NCBI GenBank assembly: GCA_039195015.1
Contig: JBCCVT010000001.1
Location: forward strand, 1 to 47,135
Reading direction: 5' to 3'
Origin: Pseudomonadota bacterium
GTDB lineage: Bacteria > Pseudomonadota > Alphaproteobacteria > Rhodobacterales > Rhodobacteraceae
Length of the DNA: 47,135 bases
The notes under the pieces were generated by a model. It worked only from the letters and a program-made list of their open reading frames with translations, was not told the DNA's origin and did not search any database. This document shows, in pieces, positions 35,058 through 45,308 of the stretch (within the stretch, counting starts at the first letter, position 1; every line of letters starts with the position of its first letter). Both the position numbers and the translations under genes were made by a program.

Positions 35058-36710
35058 TCAGGCGAACCGGCCCTGGCAGAACCAGCCCGACGACATCATA
35101 CCGCCATGCCCGTAATAGAGCCATAGGCGCGCCCCGTCATCGGTGGTGACCACCCAGTAATCCCGCACGCCGCTGCGCCAATTGGGGTCATCGAGCCACC
35201 ATTCGGGCGCGATCCGCTCGGGCCCAAAGGCCGTCTGCAAGCCCCAGTCGCGCCCGCGCCAGCGAAACGACCCGGGCATCTGCGGAACGTCGGGGGCGTG
35301 CACCGGTTCGGGCGGCCAGAGCATCAGAGGACGCGAAACACCGGGTGCGGGCCATTCGGGGACTGGGTCGGACCAGGCGGCGGCCAGAACCTGGGCGGTC
35401 TTTTCCGGAATATGGCTCGACGCCGGATGACGGCGGGTGATCGCCTCCATCCCGACCCGCGCACCCAGCTTGCCCAGCAGATCGTCCAGCGCGGTGTTGC
35501 GCGCCAGCCGGTCCGCCACCGCGCGGCCGGCCTGCAGATGACCCACCTTGTTGCGGTCATGCAGCGGTTCGGTCTGCAGCGCAGCGATCCTCACCATGTC
35601 GATGCCGAACCCGGCGTCAATCGTGTCCACCTTCATCTCAAGCAGCGGGCGGATGCGATGGCGGTCATGGCTCGGCCGGGCCAGCGCTAGGTCAACCACC
35701 TCGGCGCTTTGGTCGGTCCTGTGCGCCTCGAGCCGCAGCGACCGCAGACCCCGCCCCTTGTCCTGCAGGGTCTGGCAGAGTTTCGGCAGCAGCCGGTCGA
35801 TCGCCGCCATCACATCATCCTTCAGGCCAATCGGTTCGGGCAGGGTCATCCGGACCGCGAAATGATCAGGCGCGCGGGCCGGAGACACCGGCTCGGGCGC
35901 GCTGCCCATCGCCTGATCCAGCCGCAGCACCAGCCCCTTGCCAAAGCGCCGCGCCAGCCCAGCACGCGGCTGCCCCAGCAGATCTCCTATACGGCGCAGG
36001 CCCAATCGGTTCAGCTGCGCCACCATATCCGCATCAAGCCGCAAGGCCGAAACCGGCAGCGGGCTGAGCGCACCATAGCTTTGGCCCGGCGCCGCGATCC
36101 GGGCGGACCGGGTCAGCCCGGCCGGCACTGACGGGGTGTGGCCGCCCTTGGTCCAATGGCGCTTGGCTGCGCGCGACCGGGTGGCGCGGGCTTCCTGGCT
36201 GATGGCGTCGCCCGATCGGTCCGACCGCACACCCTGCCCGGCAAACCGCGCCAGAGCCCAGGCCGCGCCCAGTGTATCGCCAAGCCCCAGCGATACGGTC
36301 AGCCCCATATCGGCACAATCCTGTTGAACAACGCTCAGCAGTGCCGCCTCGCCTCCGAACAGATGCGCGCAGCCGGTGAGGTCAATAACCAGACCATCAG
36401 GCGCCTCTTCGGCAACCCAGGGGGAAAACTTGCCTGCCCATCGGCGGATCGCGGTCAGGAAGGTAGCCTCGGCCGGAGCGTTGCGCGCCCGCGTAACCAG
36501 CCCCGCACACATCGCATGGGCATCGCGTACCGGCTGCCCGACCCGCAAACCGGCGGCTTGTCCTTGTGCATTCAACGATGTGATAACCTGCATATTCGCC
36601 TCTTCGGCGACCACGGCCAGCGGTCCGTCAAAGACTCCACGCGCCTGACGGATCAGGCGTTCGGCGCCAAGGCTGGGAAACCAAAGCGATAGAATACGGC
36701 GGTCAGACAT
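35058..36710 (-). CDS. imuB: ImuB, Y-family polymerase-like subunit of the SOS mutagenesis cassette
   Basis: The product starts MSDRRILSLWFPSLGAERLIRQ..., contains ...LVIDLTGCAHLFGGEAALL..., and ends ...RLWLYYGHGGMMSSGWFCQGRFA, typical of ImuB. An SOS box sits upstream. Confidence 0.8.
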   Translation of the reverse strand: MSDRRILSLWFPSLGAERLIRQARGVFDGPLAVVAEEANMQVITSLNAQGQAAGLRVGQPVRDAHAMCAGLVTRARNAPAEATFLTAIRRWAGKFSPWVAEEAPDGLVIDLTGCAHLFGGEAALLSVVQQDCADMGLTVSLGLGDTLGAAWALARFAGQGVRSDRSGDAISQEARATRSRAAKRHWTKGGHTPSVPAGLTRSARIAAPGQSYGALSPLPVSALRLDADMVAQLNRLGLRRIGDLLGQPRAGLARRFGKGLVLRLDQAMGSAPEPVSPARAPDHFAVRMTLPEPIGLKDDVMAAIDRLLPKLCQTLQDKGRGLRSLRLEAHRTDQSAEVVDLALARPSHDRHRIRPLLEMKVDTIDAGFGIDMVRIAALQTEPLHDRNKVGHLQAGRAVADRLARNTALDDLLGKLGARVGMEAITRRHPASSHIPEKTAQVLAAAWSDPVPEWPAPGVSRPLMLWPPEPVHAPDVPQMPGSFRWRGRDWGLQTAFGPERIAPEWWLDDPNWRSGVRDYWVVTTDDGARLWLYYGHGGMMSSGWFCQGRFA

Positions 36711-36736
36711 CAGGCGGCAGCAAAATGTTCACTTTA

Positions 36737-36751
36737 TGTTCTCAATATATA
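36737..36751. promoter_or_regulatory. Alphaproteobacterial LexA (SOS) box GTTC-N7-GTTC
   Basis: GTTCACTTTATGTTC is an exact direct-repeat consensus, 27-41 nt upstream of the imuB ATG. It is also 43-57 nt upstream of the divergent cytochrome gene. Confidence 0.65.
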
Positions 36752-36811
36752 CTCTCGCCATAGGCAGAGTCGAGATGCTAACCCTCTGGTAGCGTGACCA
36801 AAGGCCCTCTC

Positions 36812-37261
36812 ATGACCAGACGCCTGACCCCTGCCGTCCTACTTCTGTGCATCGCCACAGCGGCACTTGCGCATCAAGGGGTCACCAACCCAGAAGTGAT
36901 CGCACGCATGGAGGCTATGAAAAACGCAAAGGCGGCACTCGCACTCCTGTCGGACATGGCTGCGGGCAAGACCGAGTTCGATGTCGACATGGCCGACAGC
37001 GCCCGCACGCGCCTTGTCGAGGCGACAACGGCGATCCCGACTCTGTTCGAAATGCCCCAGACAGATCCAAAAAGTGAGGCGTTACCGATCATCTGGGACC
37101 AGTTTGACGACTTTTCGGAGAAGGCCAAGGATACCCAGACAGCGATCCTGCAGATCGATCTGCAAAGCGTCGAATCCTTGCAAAAGACCTTGCCCCGGGT
37201 TGGGGCGGCGTGTCGGTCCTGCCACGAGATCTACCGCGTTCCACAATCGCAGTCCGAGTAG
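36812..37261 (+). CDS. Class II c-type cytochrome (cytochrome c'/c-556-like)
   Basis: It has the signal peptide MTRRLTPAVLLLCIATAALA, a four-helix-type sequence and a C-terminal haem motif CRSCH. The track start at GTG 36794 is also possible. Confidence 0.7.
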   Translation: MTRRLTPAVLLLCIATAALAHQGVTNPEVIARMEAMKNAKAALALLSDMAAGKTEFDVDMADSARTRLVEATTAIPTLFEMPQTDPKSEALPIIWDQFDDFSEKAKDTQTAILQIDLQSVESLQKTLPRVGAACRSCHEIYRVPQSQSE

Positions 37262-37285
37262 CCTCGCGATCCACGGCACACGGTG

Positions 37286-37309
37286 TTTAACTCTCAAACC
37301 AGAGTTGAA
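37286..37309. promoter_or_regulatory. Imperfect dyad upstream of adhC (candidate operator)
   Basis: TTTAACTCT-caaacc-AGAGTTGAA matches 8/9, 52 nt upstream of the adhC ATG. It is AT-rich and no T-run follows, so an operator is more likely than a terminator. Confidence 0.25.
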
Positions 37310-37360
37310 ACGCAAAGGTCTTTCGCGCAGGGTCGTGAAAAACCAAGGGAGGATTAAGTC

Positions 37361-38473
37361 ATGCGCACCCGTGCCGCCGTCGCCACCCAGGCGGGAAAGC
37401 CGCTTGAAATCATGGATGTAAATCTGGACGGCCCACGCGCGGGCGAAGTCCTTGTCGAGATCAAGGCAACCGGTATCTGCCATACGGACGAGTTCACCCT
37501 ATCCGGCGCGGATCCCGAAGGCATGTTCCCTGCGATCCTTGGACATGAAGGCGCGGGCGTCGTGCTGGAAGTTGGCGCAGGCGTCACGAGCCTTGCCCCC
37601 GGCGATCATGTGATTCCGCTCTACACGCCCGAATGCCGCGAATGCGAATACTGCCTGAACCCCAAGACCAATCTCTGCCAGGCGATCCGAACCACCCAGG
37701 GCCAGGGCGTGATGCCGGACGGGTCGTCGCGGTTCTCGACGCTCGATGGCGATCCGATCCTGCATTACATGGGCTGTTCGACCTTTTCGAACCATACTGT
37801 TCTGCCCGAGATCGCGCTGGCCAAAATCCACCCAGACGCACCGTTCGACAAGGTCTGTTACATCGGTTGCGGCGTAACCACGGGGATCGGCGCCGTGCTC
37901 AACACCGCGAAGGTCGAGGTCGGAACGCGCTGCATTGTTTTCGGCCTCGGCGGCATTGGCCTAAACGTGATCCAAGGGTTGCGGCTGGCTGGTGCAGACC
38001 AAATCGTTGGCGTCGACATCAACCCCGACAAGGTAGTGATGGCAAAAAAATTTGGCATGACCGATTTTGTGAATCCAACTGAGGTCGAAGGCGATCTGGT
38101 GCCTTATCTGGTTGATCTCACCAATGGTGGTGCGGATTACACGTTTGACGCAACCGGCAATGTGAGCGTTATGCGCACAGCCTTGGAGTCCGCACACAAG
38201 GGATGGGGCGAATCCATCATCATTGGTGTTGCGCCCGCCGGCGCCGAGATCAGCACGCGTCCTTTCCAGCTTGTAACCGGTCGCAGCTGGCGTGGCACTG
38301 CCTTCGGAGGCGCCCGTGGTCGCACCGACGTGCCCAAGATTGTTGAATGGTACATGGAGGGCAAAATCGAGATCGACCCGATGATCACCCACACATTGAC
38401 GCTCGACGAAATCAATACCGGATTCGACCTGATGCACGAGGGCAAGTCGATCCGATCGGTGGTTGTGTATTAA
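37361..38473 (+). CDS. adhC: S-(hydroxymethyl)glutathione dehydrogenase / class III alcohol dehydrogenase
   Basis: The 370-aa product reads ...[40 protein letters not shown]..., ...[15 protein letters not shown]... and ...[14 protein letters not shown]..., the canonical class III ADH pattern. Confidence 0.9.
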   Translation: MRTRAAVATQAGKPLEIMDVNLDGPRAGEVLVEIKATGICHTDEFTLSGADPEGMFPAILGHEGAGVVLEVGAGVTSLAPGDHVIPLYTPECRECEYCLNPKTNLCQAIRTTQGQGVMPDGSSRFSTLDGDPILHYMGCSTFSNHTVLPEIALAKIHPDAPFDKVCYIGCGVTTGIGAVLNTAKVEVGTRCIVFGLGGIGLNVIQGLRLAGADQIVGVDINPDKVVMAKKFGMTDFVNPTEVEGDLVPYLVDLTNGGADYTFDATGNVSVMRTALESAHKGWGESIIIGVAPAGAEISTRPFQLVTGRSWRGTAFGGARGRTDVPKIVEWYMEGKIEIDPMITHTLTLDEINTGFDLMHEGKSIRSVVVY

Positions 38474-38593
38474 CAATGGATCCCGAAGGGCGGGAACGCG
38501 GCGCTTGAGGGTTCGGACAAAGCAATTCCGAGTGTGGCTTTGGTCTCGCGTCAGTGACCTGTGCCAACTGCGCCTTTTCCTTTTGCAGATCTT

Positions 38594-38624
38594 CCATGCC
38601 CGGCGCGCAACGGCCCGGGCATGG
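38594..38624. terminator. Perfect 10-bp stem-loop between convergent adhC and hsp20
   Basis: ccatgcccgg (38594-38603) pairs with ccgggcatgg (38615-38624), 14 nt from the hsp20 stop. Neither side has a U-tract. Confidence 0.35.
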
Positions 38625-38637
38625 GATGGCGAGCCTG

Positions 38638-39057
38638 TTAGCTTCGCGTAATCGTCACCTTGTGCGCACCGGCCTCGGGCTGCGGCTCAAGTTTGGGCAC
38701 GCTAACATGCAGCACACCGTCCTTCATTTCGGCCTGCGTTTTGGTGCCATCGGCATCTTGGGGCAACCGGAATGATCGGCGAAACGCTCCATACTGGCGT
38801 TCGCTGAAGTACCAGGTGTCCCCCTTCTTTTCAGTCTTTGTCTTCTTCTCACCTCGGATGGTCAGCACCCCGTCCAATACAGTGAGGTCGATGTCGTCTT
38901 CGGATACACCCGGCAATTCCATGTTGATGCTGTAGGCTTCGGTATCGCCCGATGCCTCGGTCGCCGGGCTCAGCCAGTCCGCAAGCCGCGCGCCAAACTG
39001 CCGGAACGGATCGTAAATCGACGGCCAGAGACCGGCGTGATCGGTTTTCTCAACCAT
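38638..39057 (-). CDS. Hsp20/alpha-crystallin family small heat-shock protein
   Basis: From ATG 39057, preceded by AAAGGAGAGAGG, the product reads MVEKTDHAG...YSINMELPGVSEDDIDLTVLDGVLTIRGEKK...YGAFRRSFRLP...EMKDGVLHVSVPK. Confidence 0.85.
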   Translation of the reverse strand: MVEKTDHAGLWPSIYDPFRQFGARLADWLSPATEASGDTEAYSINMELPGVSEDDIDLTVLDGVLTIRGEKKTKTEKKGDTWYFSERQYGAFRRSFRLPQDADGTKTQAEMKDGVLHVSVPKLEPQPEAGAHKVTITRS

Positions 39058-39209
39058 GTCCTCTCTCCTTTCTGACGATGGCATGCCGGGAGTGTGCCGC
39101 ATCCCGGCGCAACCCGAATTGATCTTGCTCAAAAAATCATCGGGTCCTGCCCCTTGCGGTGTCAGGATCGGTGGACCATTCTGCGCGCGGCCCAAGAAGG
39201 ACGCGCCGC

Positions 39210-39878
39210 GTGCAATATGACATCCTGACCCAGATCCTTGCCGCGCGCTTTTCCTGCCGTGCCTTTCGTCCCGACCCGGTTGCGCACGCAGACATCGAAC
39301 GGATCGTCTCGGCCGCCCGTCACGCGCCCTCGTGGTGCAACGCGCAGCCCTGGCAACTGGAGATCACACGTGGCGCGGAGACCGACCGTTTTCGCGCCGC
39401 CCTGCGCGCCGAAGTCGAGGCAGCAGCACCTACCCCGGATCTGGACTGGCCCACGGGCTATACCGGCATCTACAAGGATCGGCGGCGCGCCTGCGGGTGG
39501 CAGCTCTATGAGGCGGTCGGGGTTGAAAAGGGGGATCGCATCGGATCGGCAAAGCAGATGATGCGCAACTACGACCTCTTCGATGCGCCGCATGTGGCAA
39601 TTGTCACCAGCCCGGCAGAGCTCGGGCCCTACGGCGCCATGGATTGCGGCGGTTTTGTCACCGCATTTGCGCTTGCCGCGCAGGCGCTTGGCGTCGCGAC
39701 GATCCCGCAAGCCGCGGTTGCCGCCTATGGTCCGATGGTGCGACGGCATTTTGGCATTCCGGATGATCGTCTGGTGCTGTGCGCGATTTCCTTTGGATAC
39801 GCGGAGCGCGCCGATCCCGCCAATAGCTTTCGCACCGACCGAGCCGAAGTCGCCGAGATCGTGGCCTGGCACGGATGA
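39210..39878 (+). CDS. Nitroreductase family protein
   Basis: From GTG 39210 the product reads [23 protein letters not shown]...[16 protein letters not shown]... Confidence 0.8.
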   Translation: MQYDILTQILAARFSCRAFRPDPVAHADIERIVSAARHAPSWCNAQPWQLEITRGAETDRFRAALRAEVEAAAPTPDLDWPTGYTGIYKDRRRACGWQLYEAVGVEKGDRIGSAKQMMRNYDLFDAPHVAIVTSPAELGPYGAMDCGGFVTAFALAAQALGVATIPQAAVAAYGPMVRRHFGIPDDRLVLCAISFGYAERADPANSFRTDRAEVAEIVAWHG

Positions 39879-40315
39879 GAGCCCTGATCCAACGCGTCTC
39901 CGAGGCCAGCGTGACGGTCGACGGACAGGTCATCGGCGAAATCGGCGCGGGCCTTCTGGTTCTGGTCTGCGCGATGGCGGGCGATACCGAAGCCGAAGCA
40001 GATCAACTGGCAGCCAAGATTGCCAAGTTGCGGATCTTCAAGGACGAGGCGGGCAAAATGAACCGATCAGTGCTCGACACCGCAGGCGCGGCACTGGTTG
40101 TCAGCCAGTTCACTCTCTCGGGCGATACCAGCCGGGGCAATCGACCAGGGTTCAGCTCTGCCGCTCCCCCGGCGGAGGGAGAACGGCTCTATGCCTATTT
40201 CGCGCGGCAATTGCAGGGTCAGGGCGTCCTTGTCGAAACCGGACAGTTTGGTGCGGATATGGCGGTTCGGCTGACAAATGATGGACCCGTCACATTGTGG
40301 ATGGATACGGAATGA
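39875..40315 (+). CDS. dtd: D-aminoacyl-tRNA deacylase
   Basis: The product reads [31 protein letters not shown]...SQFTL...GNRPGF...[10 protein letters not shown]. Confidence 0.9.
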   Translation: MRALIQRVSEASVTVDGQVIGEIGAGLLVLVCAMAGDTEAEADQLAAKIAKLRIFKDEAGKMNRSVLDTAGAALVVSQFTLSGDTSRGNRPGFSSAAPPAEGERLYAYFARQLQGQGVLVETGQFGADMAVRLTNDGPVTLWMDTE

Positions 40316-41424
40316 CCAACGATCCTCGACAACTGGTAACGCATTTGTGGCATACCGGAGTGGCTGCGGTTGACGGTTACGCGGCAACGACTGCGGCGCT
40401 TGCCGATTTGCCGGAACGTCCTGATCAGGTCATCGCCGTGGGCAAGGCAGCAGCGGCCATGGCCCGCGCGGCAGATGACCGTTGGCGCGATGTTCCCATG
40501 CTGATTGTGACCAAGGATCATCACGGCGACGGTGCCCCGCCGCACGCGATGCTTCTGGAAACCGCGCATCCCGTGCCGGACGAGCGAAGCCTGCACGCGG
40601 GCAGGACGCTGCGCCGGGTCGTCGGCGATCTTGGCCAAAACGCGCGCCTTTTGATTTTGGTGTCCGGAGGCGCGTCGTCACTGGCTGAGGATCTTGTGCC
40701 CGGGGCGGGACTTGCCGACATGGTCGCGATGAACCAACGCCTGCTGGCCGAAGGTTTGGACATCGGCGCGATGAATGCTGAACGCCGGAAACTGTCGCGG
40801 ATCAAAGGCGGCGGATTGCTCGCCGGCTTTCGCGGAGACGAAGCCGTAACGCTTGCAATATCAGACGTGCCTGGCGACGCGTTGGGCGTCATCGGATCGG
40901 GCATCGGAGCAACACCCGAAGACCCTGCGTTCAAGCATGTCACCCAGATCATAGCCAGCAATGCGCATGCACGCGCCGCCGCCGCCGCCGAGGCGCAATC
41001 GCTCAGTCTCGAGGTGATCGGCTCGACCGAATGCATGCATGCGGACGTCAACGCCGTGGCCTCCGATCTCGGCGCACGCGCGCGGGTCATGGCGCCGGGC
41101 GTCCTGATCGCAGGCGGAGAGCCCACGGTCGTCCTGCCACCGTCTCCAGGCCGAGGTGGCCGCAACCAAGCGTTGGCACTCGCGATGGCGCGCGAGATTG
41201 CCGGGCGTTCGGATCTGACAGTGCTGGTCGCCGGCACAGACGGTTCTGACGGACCCACCGACGCGGCTGGCGGCCTCGTGACCGGGAAGACCTGGGCATC
41301 CGGTGCCGAAGCGGCGCTCACCGCGGCTGATAGTGGTACCTTTCTCTCTGACCATGACGCGCTGTTCGTCACCGGACCGACAGGCACCAATGTGATGGAC
41401 CTGGCCATCATCCTGCGTGCTTGA
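40312..41424 (+). CDS. Glycerate 2-kinase / hydroxypyruvate reductase-like (DUF4147 + MOFRL)
   Basis: ...LISGGASSL-like [14 protein letters not shown] and ...[26 protein letters not shown]...[16 protein letters not shown] are present. The ATG 40312 start overlaps the dtd stop (ATGA). Confidence 0.75.
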   Translation: MTNDPRQLVTHLWHTGVAAVDGYAATTAALADLPERPDQVIAVGKAAAAMARAADDRWRDVPMLIVTKDHHGDGAPPHAMLLETAHPVPDERSLHAGRTLRRVVGDLGQNARLLILVSGGASSLAEDLVPGAGLADMVAMNQRLLAEGLDIGAMNAERRKLSRIKGGGLLAGFRGDEAVTLAISDVPGDALGVIGSGIGATPEDPAFKHVTQIIASNAHARAAAAAEAQSLSLEVIGSTECMHADVNAVASDLGARARVMAPGVLIAGGEPTVVLPPSPGRGGRNQALALAMAREIAGRSDLTVLVAGTDGSDGPTDAAGGLVTGKTWASGAEAALTAADSGTFLSDHDALFVTGPTGTNVMDLAIILRA

Positions 41425-43454
41425 CAGCGCCAAGAACCGGATCAACTATCGCAGACATGCCAAATAGATCCAATAGCTTGCGCGACATAGTCGATCTACC
41501 AGATGAAGCGATCCTCTTGTCAGACGGCACGCGGCTTTCAGCGCGGATCTGGCGGCCGACAGATGCCGACAATGCGCCCGTTCCGGTCATCCTGGAGTAC
41601 CTGCCTTACCGCAAGCGTGACGGGACCGCCGCTCGCGATGCGCTGACCCATCCCTGGTTCGCCAAGCGCGGCTATGCTTGCCTTCGGGTCGACATGCGTG
41701 GAAATGGCGACAGCCACGGGCTGATGGAGGACGAGTACACCCAGCTTGAACTGGACGACGCGGTCGAGGTGATAACCTGGGCCGCCGCGCAGCCCTGGTG
41801 CACCGGTGCAGTGGGCATGATGGGGATTAGCTGGGGCGGATTTAATGCGCTGCAAGTTGCCGCGATGGCGCCCGAACCGCTGAAGGCGATCATCACGCTC
41901 TGTTCAACAGTGGACCGTTTCGCCGATGACATCCACTACAAGGGCGGTTGCCTGCTCAACGAAAATCTCGGCTGGGGAGCAACCATGTGGTGCTACTCCA
42001 GCCGCGCGCCAGATCCAGCGTTACGTGCCGATTGGCGGGACATCTGGATGGAGCGGCTTGCGGCCGAACCATTCCTTCCCGCAACCTGGCTCCGTCACCA
42101 GCGCCGCGACGCCTATTGGCGTCACGGTTCAGTGTGCGAAGACTATGAGGCAATCCGCGCCGCGACGTTGGCGATCGGAGGTTGGGGGGATGCCTACAAA
42201 AACGCGGTGCCTGCGCTTGTCGAAAGCCTCTCGGCCCCCGTCAAAGGCATCGTCGGCCCGTGGGTGCACAAATACCCGCATTTCGCGGTACCAGAACCCC
42301 GGATCGGGTTCCTGCAAGAGGCGCTGCGCTGGTGGGACCATTGGCTGAAAGACATCCAAACCAGCGTGGACACTGATCCAGCCTACCGCACCTATCTGAT
42401 GGATGGGGTGCGCCCGGCGACATGGTACACCAACCGCCCCGGACGCTGGATCGCAGAGCATGACGGCGCCACCTCGCATCTATCGATGCACGTTCTGCAT
42501 CTGGCGGATCGGGCACTCGCGCGGACGCCCGAAGAATTTGAAACCGTGATTGCGTCGCCCCAACATTGCGGTATGGCGGGCGGCGAATACTGCGCTATCT
42601 GGCTTGGCCCCGAGATGCCGGGGGATCAGAGAGCGGACGACGCGCTCTCTGCGTGTTTTGAAGGCGATCCGCTCGACACCGACCTGGACATTGTGGGTGC
42701 TCCGGAGGTGACGCTCAAGCTCCGCTGTGATCAACCGCAAGGCCAGATCGCGATCCGATTGAACCACGTGCATCCCGACGGCGCGTCGACCCGCATCACC
42801 TATGGTGTATTGAGCCTCGCGCACCGTTCAGGCCATGCCAACCCCGAACCGATGTCTGCGAACGAACCGATCAAGCTGCGCGTCAAGCTAGACCATATCG
42901 CCTATCGCGTGCCCAAGGGACATCGCCTCAGACTGTCCGTGTCCTCGGCCTATTGGCCACTCATCTGGCCGTCGCCGAAGAAAACCAAGTTGAACCTGAC
43001 CGGCGGTGCGCTCGAGATACCGGTGCGCAACCCCGCGACCGAAGAAGAATGGAGCTTTCCGCCCGCGGAATCAGACACGCCTTGGGATATTGAGACGCTT
43101 CGCCCTGGCGGCAACACTCGAAGGGTCGAAACCGATCTCGCGACCGGGATCGTGTCCCTGGTTATAGAAGACGATTTTGGTCGAATGAAGGATGGTGACC
43201 ACGGTCTGGTATCGGACACGGTGGCGCGGGAGCGCTGGTCGATCCACCCTGACGATCCGCTGTCCGCGCACGGCGCTTGCCACTGGACGCATGAGATGGC
43301 GCGCGAAGACCTGCGCCTGCGCACCGAAACCCGTTGTGAAATGTGGTCGGACGCGACGCAGTTCCACCTGAGCTGGCACCTCGAAGCGTTCGAAAATGAC
43401 GTCGTCGTTCTCAGCCGGCAGGATACGGACAGTATTCCCAGGGACAATCTGTGA
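41421..43454 (+). CDS. CocE/NonD family hydrolase (X-Pro dipeptidyl-peptidase S15-like)
   Basis: ...RLSARIWRP...PVILEYLPYRKRDG..., the nucleophile region GMMGISWGG, and a large C-terminal beta domain are present. The start is either TTG 41421 (TTGA overlap with the upstream stop) or ATG 41457. Confidence 0.8.
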   Translation: MTAPRTGSTIADMPNRSNSLRDIVDLPDEAILLSDGTRLSARIWRPTDADNAPVPVILEYLPYRKRDGTAARDALTHPWFAKRGYACLRVDMRGNGDSHGLMEDEYTQLELDDAVEVITWAAAQPWCTGAVGMMGISWGGFNALQVAAMAPEPLKAIITLCSTVDRFADDIHYKGGCLLNENLGWGATMWCYSSRAPDPALRADWRDIWMERLAAEPFLPATWLRHQRRDAYWRHGSVCEDYEAIRAATLAIGGWGDAYKNAVPALVESLSAPVKGIVGPWVHKYPHFAVPEPRIGFLQEALRWWDHWLKDIQTSVDTDPAYRTYLMDGVRPATWYTNRPGRWIAEHDGATSHLSMHVLHLADRALARTPEEFETVIASPQHCGMAGGEYCAIWLGPEMPGDQRADDALSACFEGDPLDTDLDIVGAPEVTLKLRCDQPQGQIAIRLNHVHPDGASTRITYGVLSLAHRSGHANPEPMSANEPIKLRVKLDHIAYRVPKGHRLRLSVSSAYWPLIWPSPKKTKLNLTGGALEIPVRNPATEEEWSFPPAESDTPWDIETLRPGGNTRRVETDLATGIVSLVIEDDFGRMKDGDHGLVSDTVARERWSIHPDDPLSAHGACHWTHEMAREDLRLRTETRCEMWSDATQFHLSWHLEAFENDVVVLSRQDTDSIPRDNL

Positions 43455-43703
43455 AGACCGCCGCGCATCCGCTTGCGAGAGCGTCAAAGACCTGCATATG
43501 GGATGACCGGTGTTTCATGACGGCATGGCCCTTTTTGCCGCACCAATTGCAACACAAAGCGACCCGGCTGTTGTGTGGAACCCCGATTTTCCAGCGTCTC
43601 CGGACTGCAGGGCCTTTTGTCTTGCCCCGTGACGGCAAATCGGCAAACCTTCGGCCACAAACAATAAGCGCCAAAGACGCTTAGAAATCACAGGGAGTTA
43701 CTG

Positions 43704-45293
43704 ATGACAGTTCATCTCGACACGCTCGCATCGCGGGTCAGCGCCGGATCGATGACACGGCGCGAGTTCATGAGCCGCGCCACAGCACTGGGCGTCAGCG
43801 CCGCAGTTGCACAATCGGTCTATACCAAGGCCGCCCACGCCGCCGGTCCGGTCAAAGGCGGCACGCTAAAGGTCGGCCTGCAAGGCGGCGAGAGCACCAA
43901 TTCGCTCGACCCGGCGTTGGCGGCCTCGACCGTGCCTTTCATGAACCTGCGTTGTTTCGGTGATTGTCTGGCGAATGTGGCGCCGGACGGATCGCTCGAT
44001 TTCCGTGCGGCCGAAAGCGTCGAAGCCGACAGCGAAGGCAAGACCTGGACATTCAAAATCCGTCAGGGCGTTGAATTCCACAACGGTAAAACAATGACAT
44101 CGCAGGACGTGCTGCGCACGATGGAGCGGCATTCGAATGAGGATGCAACCTCGGGTGCCCTTGGCATCATGAACGGCATCGAGTCGATGAAGGCGGATGG
44201 CGACTACTTCCAGGTTACGCTGGGCACGCCGAACGCAGACCTGCCGTATCTGCTGGCCGATTACCACCTGCAGATCCAGCCCGATGGTGGGTTTGACGAT
44301 CCCGCAGCAGGCATCGGGACGGGCGCTTACAAGGTCGAGGTTGATGAGCCCGGCGTGCGTCATACATTTACGAAATTTGCCAACTACTGGGATGAAAGCC
44401 AGGGCCATCTGGACGCGATCGAGCATATCGTGCTGAACGACAACACCGCCCGTACTGCGGCGCTGCAATCTGGCCAGGTGCATATGATCGACCGGGTCGA
44501 GCCGAAGATTGCGCAGCTGCTGGCCCGCGCGCCGAACCTTACCGTCAAGAGTGTCTCGGGCCCCGGCCACTATGTCTTCATCATGCATGTGGACACCGCG
44601 CCCTTTGACAACAACGACCTTCGGCTGGCGTTGAAATACGCGATCAACCGCGAAGAAATGGTCGACAAGATCCTGCGCGGCTACGGCACGGTCGGGAACG
44701 ATTTCCCGATCAACAAGGCCTACCCGCTCTTCGACGACACGATCCCGCAGCGCACCTACGATCCCGAGAAAGCGGCCGAGCACTACAAGAAGTCTGGTCA
44801 TGATGGCACGCCCATCGTACTGCGGGTCGCCGATGGTGCGTTCCCAGGCGCGGTCGACGCCGCGGCGCTCTTTCAGCAATCAGCGCAAGCCGCTGGTATC
44901 CCGCTGGAAATCAAGCGCGAACCGAACGACGGCTACTGGTCTGAAGTCTGGAACAAGCAGCCCTTCTGCGCCTCGTATTGGGGTGGTCGCCCCGTGCAGG
45001 ATCAGATGTATACCACGGCCTATCTGTCGACGGCCGACTGGAACGACACGCGTTGGAAAGTGCCGCAGTTCGACGAAATGCTTCTTTCGGCAAGGGGCGA
45101 GTTGGATGAAACCAAGCGCAAGGAAATCTATTCCGGCATGGCCAACATGCTGCGCGACGAAGGCGGCTTGATTTGCCCGATGTTCAACGACTTCGTCGAA
45201 GGCGTGTCGAACGACGTGCAAGGTTGGGTCGATGATCCGAACTTTGGCATGATGAACGGCCTTGCGCCGCACAAGTGCTGGCTGAGCGCGTAA
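43704..45293 (+). CDS. ABC transporter substrate-binding protein, family 5 (peptide/nickel type), Tat-type signal
   Basis: SMTRREFMSRATALGVSAAVAQSVYTKAAHA is a twin-arginine leader. The 529-aa product is of the DppA/OppA-like type. AGGGAG precedes the ATG. Confidence 0.85.
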   Translation: MTVHLDTLASRVSAGSMTRREFMSRATALGVSAAVAQSVYTKAAHAAGPVKGGTLKVGLQGGESTNSLDPALAASTVPFMNLRCFGDCLANVAPDGSLDFRAAESVEADSEGKTWTFKIRQGVEFHNGKTMTSQDVLRTMERHSNEDATSGALGIMNGIESMKADGDYFQVTLGTPNADLPYLLADYHLQIQPDGGFDDPAAGIGTGAYKVEVDEPGVRHTFTKFANYWDESQGHLDAIEHIVLNDNTARTAALQSGQVHMIDRVEPKIAQLLARAPNLTVKSVSGPGHYVFIMHVDTAPFDNNDLRLALKYAINREEMVDKILRGYGTVGNDFPINKAYPLFDDTIPQRTYDPEKAAEHYKKSGHDGTPIVLRVADGAFPGAVDAAALFQQSAQAAGIPLEIKREPNDGYWSEVWNKQPFCASYWGGRPVQDQMYTTAYLSTADWNDTRWKVPQFDEMLLSARGELDETKRKEIYSGMANMLRDEGGLICPMFNDFVEGVSNDVQGWVDDPNFGMMNGLAPHKCWLSA

Positions 45294-45308
45294 AGGCCAA
45301 GCGCGCTC

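Noticed and set aside
35038-36793. Search for imuA or dnaE2 fragments flanking imuB
   Set aside because: The flanks are only 20 nt (convergent SPFH gene) and 83 nt (divergent cytochrome gene). No room or remnant ORF is visible, so imuB is reported as stand-alone rather than as a decayed cassette.
40521-44879. Long minus-strand ORFs (296 aa at 40521-41411, 337 aa at 43866-44879)
   Set aside because: They lie antisense to the glycerate kinase and ABC binding-protein genes. They are shadow ORFs with no motifs.
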